From contig JBDKRC010000063.1 of assembly GCA_039683575.1 (NCBI GenBank), positions 1 through 47,959 on the forward strand: 47,959 nt of DNA, written 5' to 3'. This DNA comes from Armatimonadia bacterium (GTDB lineage: Bacteria; Armatimonadota; Zipacnadia; Zipacnadales; UBA11051). Numbering within the stretch: position 1 is the stretch's first letter; each line of letters starts with the position of its first letter. Positions 35,967-45,393 of this stretch are shown piece by piece. The notes beneath the pieces are model-generated. The model searched no databases and was not told where the DNA came from. It was given only the letters and a program-made list of their open reading frames with translations. A program made the position numbers and the translations under genes.

Positions 35967-38018
35967 ATGGCCTACCAGCCTTTTACCCTAAAATACCGCC
36001 CCCGCACCTTCGAAGACGTCATCGGCCAGGATCACGTCAGCCGCACCCTGCGCAATGCCATTGCCGCCGGGCGGCTTGTCCACGCCTACCTCTTCACCGG
36101 CCCCCGCGGCACCGGCAAGACCACCATGGCCCGCATCCTCGCCCGCGCCCTCAACTGCGTCAAGGGCATCACCCCCGACCCGTGTGGCGAATGCGACATG
36201 TGCCTCGCCGTGTCCGCCGGCCGCGCCCTCGACGTCATCGAGATCGATGCTGCCAGCCACACCGGCGTGGACGCCATTCGCGAGCTCCGCGAGCAAGTCA
36301 AGTACAGGCCCGGCGAGGGCCGCTGCAAGCTGTACATTCTTGACGAAGTCCACATGCTCAGCATCTCGGCCTTCAACGCGCTCCTCAAAACCCTCGAGGA
36401 GCCGCCCGCACACGCCTATTTCGCGCTGCTGACCACGGAGATGCATAGGGTCCCCGAGACCATCGTCTCGCGCTGCCAGCGCTTCGAATTCCGCCCCATC
36501 TCCATCCCCGAAGTCATCGGTGCCCTGCGCAAGATCGCCGACAACGAGGGCTTGCAGGTCCAGGACGCGGCCCTGCACGCCATCGCCACTGCCGCCGAGG
36601 GTGGCCTGCGCGATGCCCAGAGCATTCTGGAGCAGGTTGTGGCCTTCAGCGAGGGCGAGATCACCCTCGAGGTCGCCAACCAGGTCCTCGGTGTAACCGA
36701 CACCGAAACCCTCGCCCGCATTGCCGAAATAGTCGCCGCCCACGACCTCCCCGCCGCTTTCACGATGGTGGATCACCTCGTGGCGGAGGGCAAAGACCTC
36801 GGTCGCCTGATCGAGGACCTCACGCTCTTTTTCCGCGACCTCCTGCGCCTGGCGCTGGGGAGTGGGGGAGAGAACTGGCTGCAACTGGGCGCCGAGGGCC
36901 AGGAGCGCATGCGCGGCCTTGCCCAGACCATCGGCTCTGACGCACTCCTCGCCGCCGTCCACGAACTCGCCGAGCTGCGCGGCAAGATGAAGACCAGTTC
37001 CCAGCACGCACTGCTGCTGGAGTTGGCCCTCGCCGAGCTAACCCAGCCCCGGCAAGCTGCCGTTAGCCTGACCGCCGTTAGTCCGTCCCTGCCGGGCGCC
37101 CCTCAAGCGCGTAGTGCGGGCGTCTCGCCCGCCTCCGGCATGGCAGGCCTGCCGCCTTCGCCTCAACTTGGCCGGACGGGCGTCCCGCCCGTCGCTCCGC
37201 CCAGCATGGGTGCTCCTCCTCCGCGTACTGCGGGCGTCTCGCCCGCTCCGACAGCCGCCGCCGCGCAGGACGACACCGCGCCCGTGGAGAAGCCCACCGA
37301 ACCTGACGTCCCGGCCCAAAACGTCGTCGGCGACCTCACTTGCGCTGCGATCTACAGCCGCTGGCCGTTGCTGCTTGAGCAACTGAAGCGTATGAACTAT
37401 CAAAACGTTCGCGCCTTGCTCCTCAACGCGGTCCCGACCCGGGTCACTGCCGATTCAATCACGGTCAGCTTCCCGAGCCGCTGCCAGTTCCACCACAACC
37501 AGCTCAAATCATCGCATTGCGACACGGTCAGCAAGGCGCTGCACAAGCTATTCGGCCAGAACCTCCGTGTCGAATGCCGCCTCTGCCCGGCCGGCGAGGA
37601 GCCCGTCGTTCCGGCGGATGAGGCCGTGGCTTCTCCTCCGGTAGCAGTCGCTCCGATGCCGCCGCCTGCGGCCGTCGCTCCCGTTCCGGAGCCCGTGGCC
37701 ACCGCGCCCGCTCCCGAACCGGAGCCGGCGCTTGAGCCCGTACCCGCTCCGGAGCCCCCGCCGGCGCCTGAACCGCCGCCCCCTCCGGCCTCGTCGTTAG
37801 AACCCGACCCGGCCGACAGTGGGAGCGGTAACCAGACGGCGACCCTCACCGACCAGCCATCCGGTGTGCTTGCCTCGCCGGAACCATCCTCCCCGCCCCC
37901 GGCGTTGCAGGATGAACCCGAAACACCCGCGGCGGGCGGTCTCACTGCCGACGCCGTCGTTGAACAGACCCTTAGCCTTTTCGAGGGCAGCCAGGAAATC
38001 TTGCCCCCGAACCAGTAA
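35967..38018 (+). CDS. dnaX: DNA polymerase III subunit gamma/tau
   Basis: KYRP.TF.DVIGQ, GPRGTGKTT, C..C zinc site, EIDAAS, DEVHMLS..AFNALLKTLEEPP, SRC; Pro-rich linkers. Confidence 0.98.
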   Translation: MAYQPFTLKYRPRTFEDVIGQDHVSRTLRNAIAAGRLVHAYLFTGPRGTGKTTMARILARALNCVKGITPDPCGECDMCLAVSAGRALDVIEIDAASHTGVDAIRELREQVKYRPGEGRCKLYILDEVHMLSISAFNALLKTLEEPPAHAYFALLTTEMHRVPETIVSRCQRFEFRPISIPEVIGALRKIADNEGLQVQDAALHAIATAAEGGLRDAQSILEQVVAFSEGEITLEVANQVLGVTDTETLARIAEIVAAHDLPAAFTMVDHLVAEGKDLGRLIEDLTLFFRDLLRLALGSGGENWLQLGAEGQERMRGLAQTIGSDALLAAVHELAELRGKMKTSSQHALLLELALAELTQPRQAAVSLTAVSPSLPGAPQARSAGVSPASGMAGLPPSPQLGRTGVPPVAPPSMGAPPPRTAGVSPAPTAAAAQDDTAPVEKPTEPDVPAQNVVGDLTCAAIYSRWPLLLEQLKRMNYQNVRALLLNAVPTRVTADSITVSFPSRCQFHHNQLKSSHCDTVSKALHKLFGQNLRVECRLCPAGEEPVVPADEAVASPPVAVAPMPPPAAVAPVPEPVATAPAPEPEPALEPVPAPEPPPAPEPPPPPASSLEPDPADSGSGNQTATLTDQPSGVLASPEPSSPPPALQDEPETPAAGGLTADAVVEQTLSLFEGSQEILPPNQ

Positions 38019-38058
38019 CATGTATATGGAGTAGCGGCCCCTGCCCGCGCACAGTCAA

Positions 38059-38391
38059 ATGTTTGCCAACCCGTTCCAAAAACTCATCGAATCCCAGGTC
38101 GCCGGCATTCAGGAGAACATCCAGAAGGCCGTCCAGGAACTTGAGATAGCCACAGTGGAATCCAGCGTCGGTGGCGGTGTGGTCAAGTGTACCATGACCG
38201 GCGTCGGCCAGCTTATCGAGCTGAAGATCGACCCCAGCGTCGTCACACAGGATGACGTCGAGCTTCTCGAAGACCTCGTCACCGCTGCCGTGCGTGACTG
38301 CCAGGCCAAGGCCGCCGCCCTGAAGCGCGAGAAGATCGCCGGCGCCACTCCCCTCGGCGCCATGGGCATCGACCTTCCCGATGTTTTCTAG
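38059..38391 (+). CDS. ybaB: YbaB/EbfC nucleoid-associated protein
   Basis: GGG.V..TM.G......IDP......D.E.LEDL..AA; dnaX-ybaB-recR synteny. Confidence 0.95.
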   Translation: MFANPFQKLIESQVAGIQENIQKAVQELEIATVESSVGGGVVKCTMTGVGQLIELKIDPSVVTQDDVELLEDLVTAAVRDCQAKAAALKREKIAGATPLGAMGIDLPDVF

Positions 38392-38464
38392 TGCCGCCGT
38401 GCCCGTCTCCGGCCCCCTTCCCGAGACCGCCCGCGCTCTCACAGGAAGGGGCTGTGGTTAGGGC

Positions 38465-38528
38465 GGCGTTGCCTCTGCCGTTGCCGTCTCAGAACCTGAT
38501 CCCTGATCTCTGATTCCTGAACCCTGCT
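38465..38528. repeat. Hexamer GCCNYT tract plus five-unit CTG heptamer array (38494-38528) directly before recR
   Basis: GCCTCT GCCGTT GCCGTC; ACCTGAT CCCTGAT CTCTGAT TCCTGAA CCCTGCT. Confidence 0.88.
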
Positions 38529-38535
38529 TTATCCC

Positions 38536-39135
38536 ATGCGCTACGCCCGCCCCTTGCAGGAAGTCATAGACGAACTCTCGCGCCTCCCCGGCATTGGCCC
38601 GAAGAGCGCGCAGCGTCTCGCCTTCTGGCTCCTGCGCCGCAATCCCGCCGAAGTCCGCGCCCTCGGCCATGCCATCGCGGGCCTCCCCGACGCGATCCAG
38701 CGCTGTCGCGAGTGCTTCAACTACGCCGAAACCGACCTCTGCCCCGTCTGCAGCGACCCCTCCCGTGACGCCTCGATTCTCTGCATCGTCGCCGAAGCCG
38801 CCGACCTCATGGCCCTCGAACGCGCCAATGACTTCCGCGGCCTCTACCACGTCCTCGGCGGCCTGCTCTCACCCCTCGCGGGCGTCGGCCCGGACGATAT
38901 CACGATTCCGCAACTCCTCGAACGCCTCCGCCGCCTGCAGCCTCAGGAAATCATCATCGCCACGCCCCCCTCCGTCGAGGGCGACGCGACTGCCGAATAT
39001 CTCCGCCAGATCCTCAGCGCCGAAGGCTTCACCAGCATCACCCGCCCCGCCCTCGGCCTCCCCGTCGGCGCCGAACTCGACTACGCCGACCAGGTAACCC
39101 TCATCCGCGCCCTCCAGGGCCGCCGCCAGATGTAG
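38536..39135 (+). CDS. recR: Recombination mediator RecR
   Basis: LPGIGPKSAQRLA HhH; C..C...C..C; YHVLGG.LSP..G; EG.ATA.Y; G.ELDY.D..TL. Confidence 0.98.
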   Translation: MRYARPLQEVIDELSRLPGIGPKSAQRLAFWLLRRNPAEVRALGHAIAGLPDAIQRCRECFNYAETDLCPVCSDPSRDASILCIVAEAADLMALERANDFRGLYHVLGGLLSPLAGVGPDDITIPQLLERLRRLQPQEIIIATPPSVEGDATAEYLRQILSAEGFTSITRPALGLPVGAELDYADQVTLIRALQGRRQM

Positions 39136-39151
39136 TAAGAACAGACGATGG

Positions 39152-41887
39152 CTAGTTGGTCCGTGACGGCCGCAACGAATACGGGCGGCTCCGCACCACG
39201 AACGGTGCCTTCGTCCCATCGGCAAAAGTCATCGTCCCCACCGCCGCCACGCGGATGATCCCCGTCCACTTCGTCACGTTGATCCTCACCTCGGCGCTCT
39301 GGCCGAGGGCCGGTAGATCGTCAAGCTCCGTCAGTTTCTGCCCCGTCACATCCTCAAGCTGCAACTTCCCGGTCACCGCAGCCACCTGTTGCCGTTGCGA
39401 GCCGGGGCCGAGCATCTCGATCTTCATCGCCAGTTCACCACCCGCCACGAGGGTCTCCTTCCCATCAACATCCGCTGGAGATGTGAACTGGACCTGCGGT
39501 CCCTCATGCGGAATCACCGCTGGCTGGGAGGTGATTCCCTCGGCGAACTTGGGGAAGGCGTAGGTGGCGAGGTCCTCCACCCAGAGCACGAACCCATCGG
39601 CTCCGAGCCCCCGCGCGATCTCTATCTGCCCGACTGTCTGATCGTCGGGAATCTGCCACGCGCCGATGCCGGAGTACACTGGGATCGCACTGGCGGCCGC
39701 ATTCACGTGATTGCTGACTTGCGCTGCAAACCACGCGTCGTTGTCGGTGTAGCTCATCGGGCAGACGAAGTCCAGGTAATGCTGCTTGCACCACAGCACC
39801 CAGTCCTGCCCCACGGTGTACTTGGTCTGCGGGTAGTTCCAGAACACCGCCGCGGAGATCTTCAGGCCGGGCTTGAGCTTCCGCGCTCTTTCGGACACGG
39901 TCCTGACCAGTCTCGTGATGTTGTCGCAGCGAAATTGCATCCACTCTTCCTTCAGCGGTCCGCGACAATCCTGCGGCCAGTTCGCTACCCGCCTCCCCAG
40001 TCGCTCCTCAAACTGCTGGCGGCACCCGCTACAGTAGCACCCGTCATCGTGTGGGTAGCGGATGTAGTCGAAATGGATGCCGTCCACGTCGTAGTTGCTG
40101 ACGACTTCCAGCATAGTGTCAATCTCAAGCTGCAGATTGAGTGGGTTGGAGGGGCACAGTTCTCTCTCCATCTCCCCCTTGCCGTTCACCAGCAGCCGCC
40201 CCTCGGCGCGCATTCGGGCCTCGAACTCCGCCGGGGCGGCGGCGAGCTTCAGGTTGATCTTCCAGGCATGCACTTGGATGCCATACTTCTTGCCGGCCGC
40301 CACACACTGGGCAATCTGGTCGCCGCGCTGGTTGAAGGTGGCCGAATGTGGCAGGAGCTTGCTGTCATAGTCGGCCAGCCCGCCGGACCACAGGTTGGGT
40401 ATGACGGCGTGGAAATTGGCCTCCTTCAGGCGTCGCATGGCCTCGTCCCAGGTGGCGCTACCGCCCGTACCTGATGGGTCCCATGCCGCGCGGAATTCGG
40501 CGGTGCGGGGCTTGTGGGCCACAAAATACGCCTCGGCCAAGGAGTCGTGCAATTGCCGCGCGGCGGCTATGGACTTCGAGAACTGCCCATCGGCCAGCAA
40601 CTGCGTCGCCTGTGCGGAGGCAACCTCGGCCTGCGCGAGCGAGCCCTTCACCCTGTCTGCTAGAGCCTGGCCAAGGTTAGCCGACGCCAGGTATCGCTCC
40701 AGTTCCGCACGCTCCGTGTACGGTCCGACGCGCTCGGCCCGCTCAAGCGCCAGTCTGGCCGCCTCCTCCCAAACAGCGGGGACGAAATGCCCGACGAGGG
40801 CCAGCAGGAATGCCTGCTTGCCTGCTGGGTCAGCGCCAGTCAGCACGTGCCCCAAATAGGCGCCGTTGTCGCTGATGAGCAAGGCGTTGCCCTGCTTTTC
40901 GCCGGCGGCGTTCTGCCACTGGCCGGCTATACGCGCCTTGGGGCCGCTCGGATCGAACAGATTGGCGCCCCACGAGTGTTGCCCCATAGTCGGCAGTTCA
41001 GGCAATACGCCGGAGGACGCTACTTCCCTGAACTGATCACCAGGACTGGGCTGCCGGTACTGAAGGTTGGTCACGCCCAGCAATTTCGCCATTGGCTCAG
41101 GCAGGGCAAAGAAGAAGATAATCTTGCCACCGCCGTCTACGAAGTCCCGGATGCGCTCAAGCGCCTGCGGACTCAGGTCCGGATTCAGGGGGAAAATCGC
41201 CAGCTTCCGTCTGGCCAGAGCGCCACTTTCGACCTCCCGCTCCGTTAACCTGATGAATGGCACACCGGCCTTCCCCAGGTAGCCGGATGCCAACTCGGTG
41301 AAGGTGCGCACCATGAGAGCATTAGCGCCCGAACCCGTCCCGGCAATGAAGGCGATGCCGGTGTCGTCGGTGCGCGCTTGGAGGTTATCAAAGCCGCAGT
41401 AGGTGTTCAGCGGCTTCGCCCTATAGGCGCTGATGCGGACGATGTCAACTCTGTCCCAGCCTCCCGGCTGACCCTCGACGCCGAACGTGCCCTTTGGCAG
41501 GTTCAAATGCTGCCAGCCCTTCACCGGAGTGATCGGATGGCAATACCAGCCGTCGCCGCTGTGGAAGAAGATGGCGCAAGAGGTGAGTGCCGCTGGGTCA
41601 TCCACATAGAAGTCGAGGCTGATGGCGTCGGCACCCGTCAGGTCCAGGGCGACCTCGCGATCATAGGAGCAGCCCGCGAGTGCCGGGACGGTAGCGAAGG
41701 GACAGGTAATCCTGAGCGCGTCTTTGTTGCCGTGGGGCATGAAATCCGCCGGCGGCGTACCTGGCAGAGGTGCCCAGGCGTCACGCAACGCGGCGACCTC
41801 AGGATACCTGAAATCGTCAATGAGTTTCACCTCGGCGTGGCCCGCCGTCACCAGCAGCAGACACAGAACCGAAATATGTCGGCGCAT
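39152..41887 (-). CDS. Secreted family-10-like glycosyl hydrolase (GHL10/DUF187) with N-terminal CBM-like and GATase-like domains
   Basis: EFRAAW, G.QVHAW, LCPSNP, YDVDGIHFDYIRYP, ISAAVF, GQDW..W, DFVCPMSY. Confidence 0.88.
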   Translation of the reverse strand: MRRHISVLCLLLVTAGHAEVKLIDDFRYPEVAALRDAWAPLPGTPPADFMPHGNKDALRITCPFATVPALAGCSYDREVALDLTGADAISLDFYVDDPAALTSCAIFFHSGDGWYCHPITPVKGWQHLNLPKGTFGVEGQPGGWDRVDIVRISAYRAKPLNTYCGFDNLQARTDDTGIAFIAGTGSGANALMVRTFTELASGYLGKAGVPFIRLTEREVESGALARRKLAIFPLNPDLSPQALERIRDFVDGGGKIIFFFALPEPMAKLLGVTNLQYRQPSPGDQFREVASSGVLPELPTMGQHSWGANLFDPSGPKARIAGQWQNAAGEKQGNALLISDNGAYLGHVLTGADPAGKQAFLLALVGHFVPAVWEEAARLALERAERVGPYTERAELERYLASANLGQALADRVKGSLAQAEVASAQATQLLADGQFSKSIAAARQLHDSLAEAYFVAHKPRTAEFRAAWDPSGTGGSATWDEAMRRLKEANFHAVIPNLWSGGLADYDSKLLPHSATFNQRGDQIAQCVAAGKKYGIQVHAWKINLKLAAAPAEFEARMRAEGRLLVNGKGEMERELCPSNPLNLQLEIDTMLEVVSNYDVDGIHFDYIRYPHDDGCYCSGCRQQFEERLGRRVANWPQDCRGPLKEEWMQFRCDNITRLVRTVSERARKLKPGLKISAAVFWNYPQTKYTVGQDWVLWCKQHYLDFVCPMSYTDNDAWFAAQVSNHVNAAASAIPVYSGIGAWQIPDDQTVGQIEIARGLGADGFVLWVEDLATYAFPKFAEGITSQPAVIPHEGPQVQFTSPADVDGKETLVAGGELAMKIEMLGPGSQRQQVAAVTGKLQLEDVTGQKLTELDDLPALGQSAEVRINVTKWTGIIRVAAVGTMTFADGTKAPFVVRSRPYSLRPSRTN

Positions 41888-42021
41888 GTTCGCATACCCC
41901 CGTTATCGCTAATAGCCCACATGGGTGCCATTCGCACCATGCTGCCCCCGCTTGACCTCCAGATTCGTCATTGGTGCGGCCCTCTCCTTGGCCTTCTCGC
42001 GGGCGCTCACCTTCCCGCCTC

Positions 42022-42049
42022 GCAGGTCCCCCCGTCGCTTCCCCCGAAC
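42022..42049 (+). promoter_or_regulatory. Sigma-H-like promoter, 9 nt upstream of the ATG
   Basis: GCAGG-N16-CCCGAAC. Confidence 0.55.
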
Positions 42050-42058
42050 TAGGCCCCC

Positions 42059-44350
42059 ATGCACGAGATCATCCGCCCCATCGCCCGCACCCACTCCTGC
42101 GAACTCCTCGTCATCGGCTCGGGCGTCGCCGGGATGGCCGCCGCTCTCCAGGCCGCCCGCCTCGGCCTCGAAACCATCCTCCTCGAAAAGGAAGCCGTCC
42201 TCGGCGGTAACTCCGGCCCCCTGCTCGGCATCCACTGGGGCGGCGCTCACATCTACCACGACTACGCTGCCGAAACCGGCATCGTGATGGAACTTGAGGA
42301 GGAAATCGCCTGGCGCGGCGCCAAGCACCGCACCCCTGACCACCACTACAACATCTCCCGCCTCGCCGAAGCCCTCTGGCAGGAAAAGCTCGAGCAAGCC
42401 GGCGTCCGCGTCCTCAAGCGCCACCTCGCCCGCGAAGCCGTCACCGATCACCGCCGCCTAACCGCCGTCCTCGCCGACGACCTCGCCCTCGCTCAAACCG
42501 TCCGCTTCGACGTCTCCCACGCCGTCCTCGACGCCTCCGGTGACGGCCAGATCGCCTTCGCCGCCGGCGCCTCCTTTCGCATGGGCCGCGAAGCCCGCGC
42601 TGAACATGGCGAGCGCAATGCCCCTGAAGTTGCCGACGAACGCGTAGCCGGGGTCAGCCTCACCGCCCTCGTCAGGCGCAGCGAGAGTCCCATCCCGTTC
42701 ATCCCGCCCGACGATGTCTGGAGCGTCCAGCTCAACACCACACCCGGCGGCTGGCTCGGCGACAATGACAACGTTCGCATGCTCTGGCCCACCGAAACCG
42801 GCGGCACCGTGCTCAACCCCTTAACTGACGAGCACGAGATCTACGAGCGCCTGCTCAAGCAGTTCTACCACTACTGGGCCGCCCTCAAGGCAAACCCCGC
42901 CAACGCCAACTGGGAGCTGATCTGGGTCAGCCCCATCGCCGGCAAGCGCGAGACCCGCCGCTTTCTCGGCGACCATATTCTCACCCAGACCGACGTCGAA
43001 ACCCCCGTCACCCTCCCCGACCGCCTCGGCTACGGTGGCTTCACCATCGACCAGCACGAACAGGGCGCCGACGGGATCAACCGCATCTTCATGTACTCGG
43101 CCCCGCCGCTGTACGACACCTGCTATCGCATGACCTACAGCCGCGACTTCGACAACCTGTACCTCGCCGGACGCCTCATCAGCTCCACTCACCTGGCGCA
43201 CGGCTCAACCCGCATCATCAAAACCGGCGGCCTGCTCGCCCAGGGCACTGCCATCGCCATTGCCCTCGCCAAAGAGCACGCGTGCACCGCCCGCGACGTC
43301 CACGACCAACACCTCGCCACCCTCCAACAGGAGTTCCTCCGCCGCGACGGTTCCCTCATTGACCTACCCGCCGCCGACCCGCGCGACCTCGCCCGCCACG
43401 CAACCGTCACCGCCTCCAGCGAGTGGCTCTATGACGATTTCGACCTGCGCGACGAGCAGGACCTGTCCGTGCCCACTGGCAATCTCCTCCACGCCTGGCC
43501 GGATCACGTCTCCACCGTCCGCGCGCACGTCCGCAACCATTCCGACCGCGAGCAACCCCTGCGCCTCTCCCTGCTGCTCGCCCACGAACCCCCACCCGAA
43601 ATCCTCCCGCGCCCCACTGACGAGGAGGCCGGCTTCTTCCACCACCTGTTCAAGCTCGACAGCCGCCTCTCGGTCTTCGAGCCGCTCACCACCCTCGATG
43701 CCACCGTCCCCGCCTCGTTCAGCGGCTGGCTCGACCTCCCCCTGCCTGCGCCGCTGCCCCTCCCGCCGCGCTGCCGCGCCTACCGCTACCAGGCCCTCGC
43801 CGTCATTCTCGAGGGCAATAACCTCGCCGTCGCCTCCGACCCGTCCGCCTGTGACGTGGCACAGATCGTCAAGCGCCAGCCCTCCGAGCCCACCATCTCC
43901 GAGGGCCGCTGCGCCCTCACCCTCGACCAACCCGTCCCGCTTGGTGATGCCGCCAATATCATCAATGGCGTCAGCCGCCGCTGGGGCCGCGCTCCGCTCA
44001 ACATGTGGGTCTCCAAACCCGGCCAGCCCCTCCCGCAGTGGCTCGAACTCCGTTGGGCCGGGCCGCAGACCATCTCCCGCCTCACCCTGACTTTCGACGG
44101 CATCGGCTGCAAGTACACCGACATGCCCTTCAACAACGGCACCCGCGCTTTCGGGCCGATGGTCAAGGACTACCGCGTGGAGATCGAGGTGGGGGAGACC
44201 TGGCAGGAGCTACTGACCGAGACCGACAACTACCACCGCTTCCGCGTCCACGAATTCCCCCCGCAGACCGTGACCGCCCTCCGCCTCACAGTGGAGGCCG
44301 CCCACGACCCCCTGCAGGGAGCGCGGGTGGCCGAGATCCGCGTAGAATAG
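42059..44350 (+). CDS. FAD-dependent oxidoreductase (FAD_oxidored family) with a C-terminal discoidin/F5-8-like domain
   Basis: VIGSGVAG.AAA..AAR.G, LGGN, DASGDG, GKRE.RR..G, NL.LAGR.IS.THLA.GS.R. Confidence 0.92.
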   Translation: MHEIIRPIARTHSCELLVIGSGVAGMAAALQAARLGLETILLEKEAVLGGNSGPLLGIHWGGAHIYHDYAAETGIVMELEEEIAWRGAKHRTPDHHYNISRLAEALWQEKLEQAGVRVLKRHLAREAVTDHRRLTAVLADDLALAQTVRFDVSHAVLDASGDGQIAFAAGASFRMGREARAEHGERNAPEVADERVAGVSLTALVRRSESPIPFIPPDDVWSVQLNTTPGGWLGDNDNVRMLWPTETGGTVLNPLTDEHEIYERLLKQFYHYWAALKANPANANWELIWVSPIAGKRETRRFLGDHILTQTDVETPVTLPDRLGYGGFTIDQHEQGADGINRIFMYSAPPLYDTCYRMTYSRDFDNLYLAGRLISSTHLAHGSTRIIKTGGLLAQGTAIAIALAKEHACTARDVHDQHLATLQQEFLRRDGSLIDLPAADPRDLARHATVTASSEWLYDDFDLRDEQDLSVPTGNLLHAWPDHVSTVRAHVRNHSDREQPLRLSLLLAHEPPPEILPRPTDEEAGFFHHLFKLDSRLSVFEPLTTLDATVPASFSGWLDLPLPAPLPLPPRCRAYRYQALAVILEGNNLAVASDPSACDVAQIVKRQPSEPTISEGRCALTLDQPVPLGDAANIINGVSRRWGRAPLNMWVSKPGQPLPQWLELRWAGPQTISRLTLTFDGIGCKYTDMPFNNGTRAFGPMVKDYRVEIEVGETWQELLTETDNYHRFRVHEFPPQTVTALRLTVEAAHDPLQGARVAEIRVE

Positions 44351-44355
44351 AAACC

Positions 44356-44385
44356 AAAACGCCTCCCCGATTGGGGAGGCGTTTT
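44356..44385. terminator. Bidirectional intrinsic terminator
   Basis: AAAACGCCTCCCC-GATT-GGGGAGGCGTTTT between convergent genes. Confidence 0.92.
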
Positions 44386-44412
44386 CTGTCTGGCGCGTCT
44401 ATTCTATGTTGC

Positions 44413-45042
44413 CTAACGTTCGGACTTCCACAGCGCATTCAAGGCCACCGGCCCGAGCACGTTCTGCACCTTTACCCACTTAGCATGTCCGTCGCAGAAA
44501 GCGTAGTTATCGCCCTCATTGTGGATACCGGTCGGCGAGTAGCCGCCGATGGTGTTGCCATTTGCGATGACATACCCCATCGTGTTGGCGCCGCTGTCAC
44601 CGAGCATGATCGTCTCGCTCGGGCTGGTGATGCTCCCCATCGAGATACCGCCGCGCGTGTATCCGCCATATCCCGGGGCGGTGGTAGAGCCCCAGTTGTA
44701 GCACAGGTACACATAGTTCCAGCCATAGGCAGGATTTGTCCCCAGGGCGCTGACATGGGTGCTGTTGCTGGGGCACAGCAGTATCTGCGTATTCTTGATG
44801 TACGGCTGGAGCAGCAGATTCCATGTGCCCACTCCAGCGACGTAAGAGGGCGGCAGGGCCTCGTCATAGTCCTGTGCATAGGATAATACGGCTGTGGCCA
44901 ACTGCTTCGCATTGCTCAGACAACTTGACTGTCGCGCCTTCTCGCGAGCCTTGGCGAACACCGGGAACAAGATGGCCGCCAAAATAGCGATAATCGCGAT
45001 CACGACCAACAACTCGATGAGCGTAAAACCCCGTCTTTGCAC
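44413..45042 (-). CDS. Prepilin-type N-terminal cleavage/methylation protein with an H-X9-DG motif (DUF1559 family)
   Basis: [46 protein letters not shown]....[10 protein letters not shown]; start 45042 (GTG) or 45051. Confidence 0.95.
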   Translation of the reverse strand: MQRRGFTLIELLVVIAIIAILAAILFPVFAKAREKARQSSCLSNAKQLATAVLSYAQDYDEALPPSYVAGVGTWNLLLQPYIKNTQILLCPSNSTHVSALGTNPAYGWNYVYLCYNWGSTTAPGYGGYTRGGISMGSITSPSETIMLGDSGANTMGYVIANGNTIGGYSPTGIHNEGDNYAFCDGHAKWVKVQNVLGPVALNALWKSER

Positions 45043-45099
45043 GTGTATCACCCTTTCCTCATCAGCTTTGTAACCAAGAGAAGCATACCCTAATTATGC

Positions 45100-45127
45100 A
45101 TTCCAAACAACATGAATCTGTTCCTTC
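45100..45127 (-). promoter_or_regulatory. Sigma-H-like promoter upstream of the prepilin-like gene
   Basis: GAAGGAACA-N12-TTGGAAT on the minus strand. Confidence 0.65.
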
Positions 45128-45146
45128 ACAACCGATTTCACGCACG

Positions 45147-45182
45147 AAAAAAGGGTCTTCCGGCATCACCGGAAGGCCCTTT
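45147..45182 (-). terminator. Intrinsic terminator
   Basis: AAAAAAGGGTCTTCCGG-CATCA-CCGGAAGGCCCTTT. Confidence 0.8.
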
Positions 45183-45393
45183 ACTAACCAATATCGACTC
45201 TAGTTGCAGTCCCAGACCGACGCCTGACTGAGATAGCCCATGTTACAGGCCTTAGCGTGTCCGTCCACGAACGCGATGTTGGCCATGTCGTTGTGCCGCA
45301 CCTGGGGACCCCAACGGGGCCGCTCGCCCTTCTCCGCGTCCCGGAGGGACGCTCATTTCCAAGGCCGGGATTTCAATCCCGGACCGCGCTGTC

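Noticed and set aside
35967-38018. E. coli-type dnaX -1 frameshift signal
   Set aside because: No A-AAA-AAG or long A/T slippery run noticed in the linker
45337-45385. Short hairpins CGTCCCGGAGGGACG and CCGGGATTTCAATCCCGG
   Set aside because: Probably a degenerate REP-type remnant, but single-copy here, so not supportable as a feature
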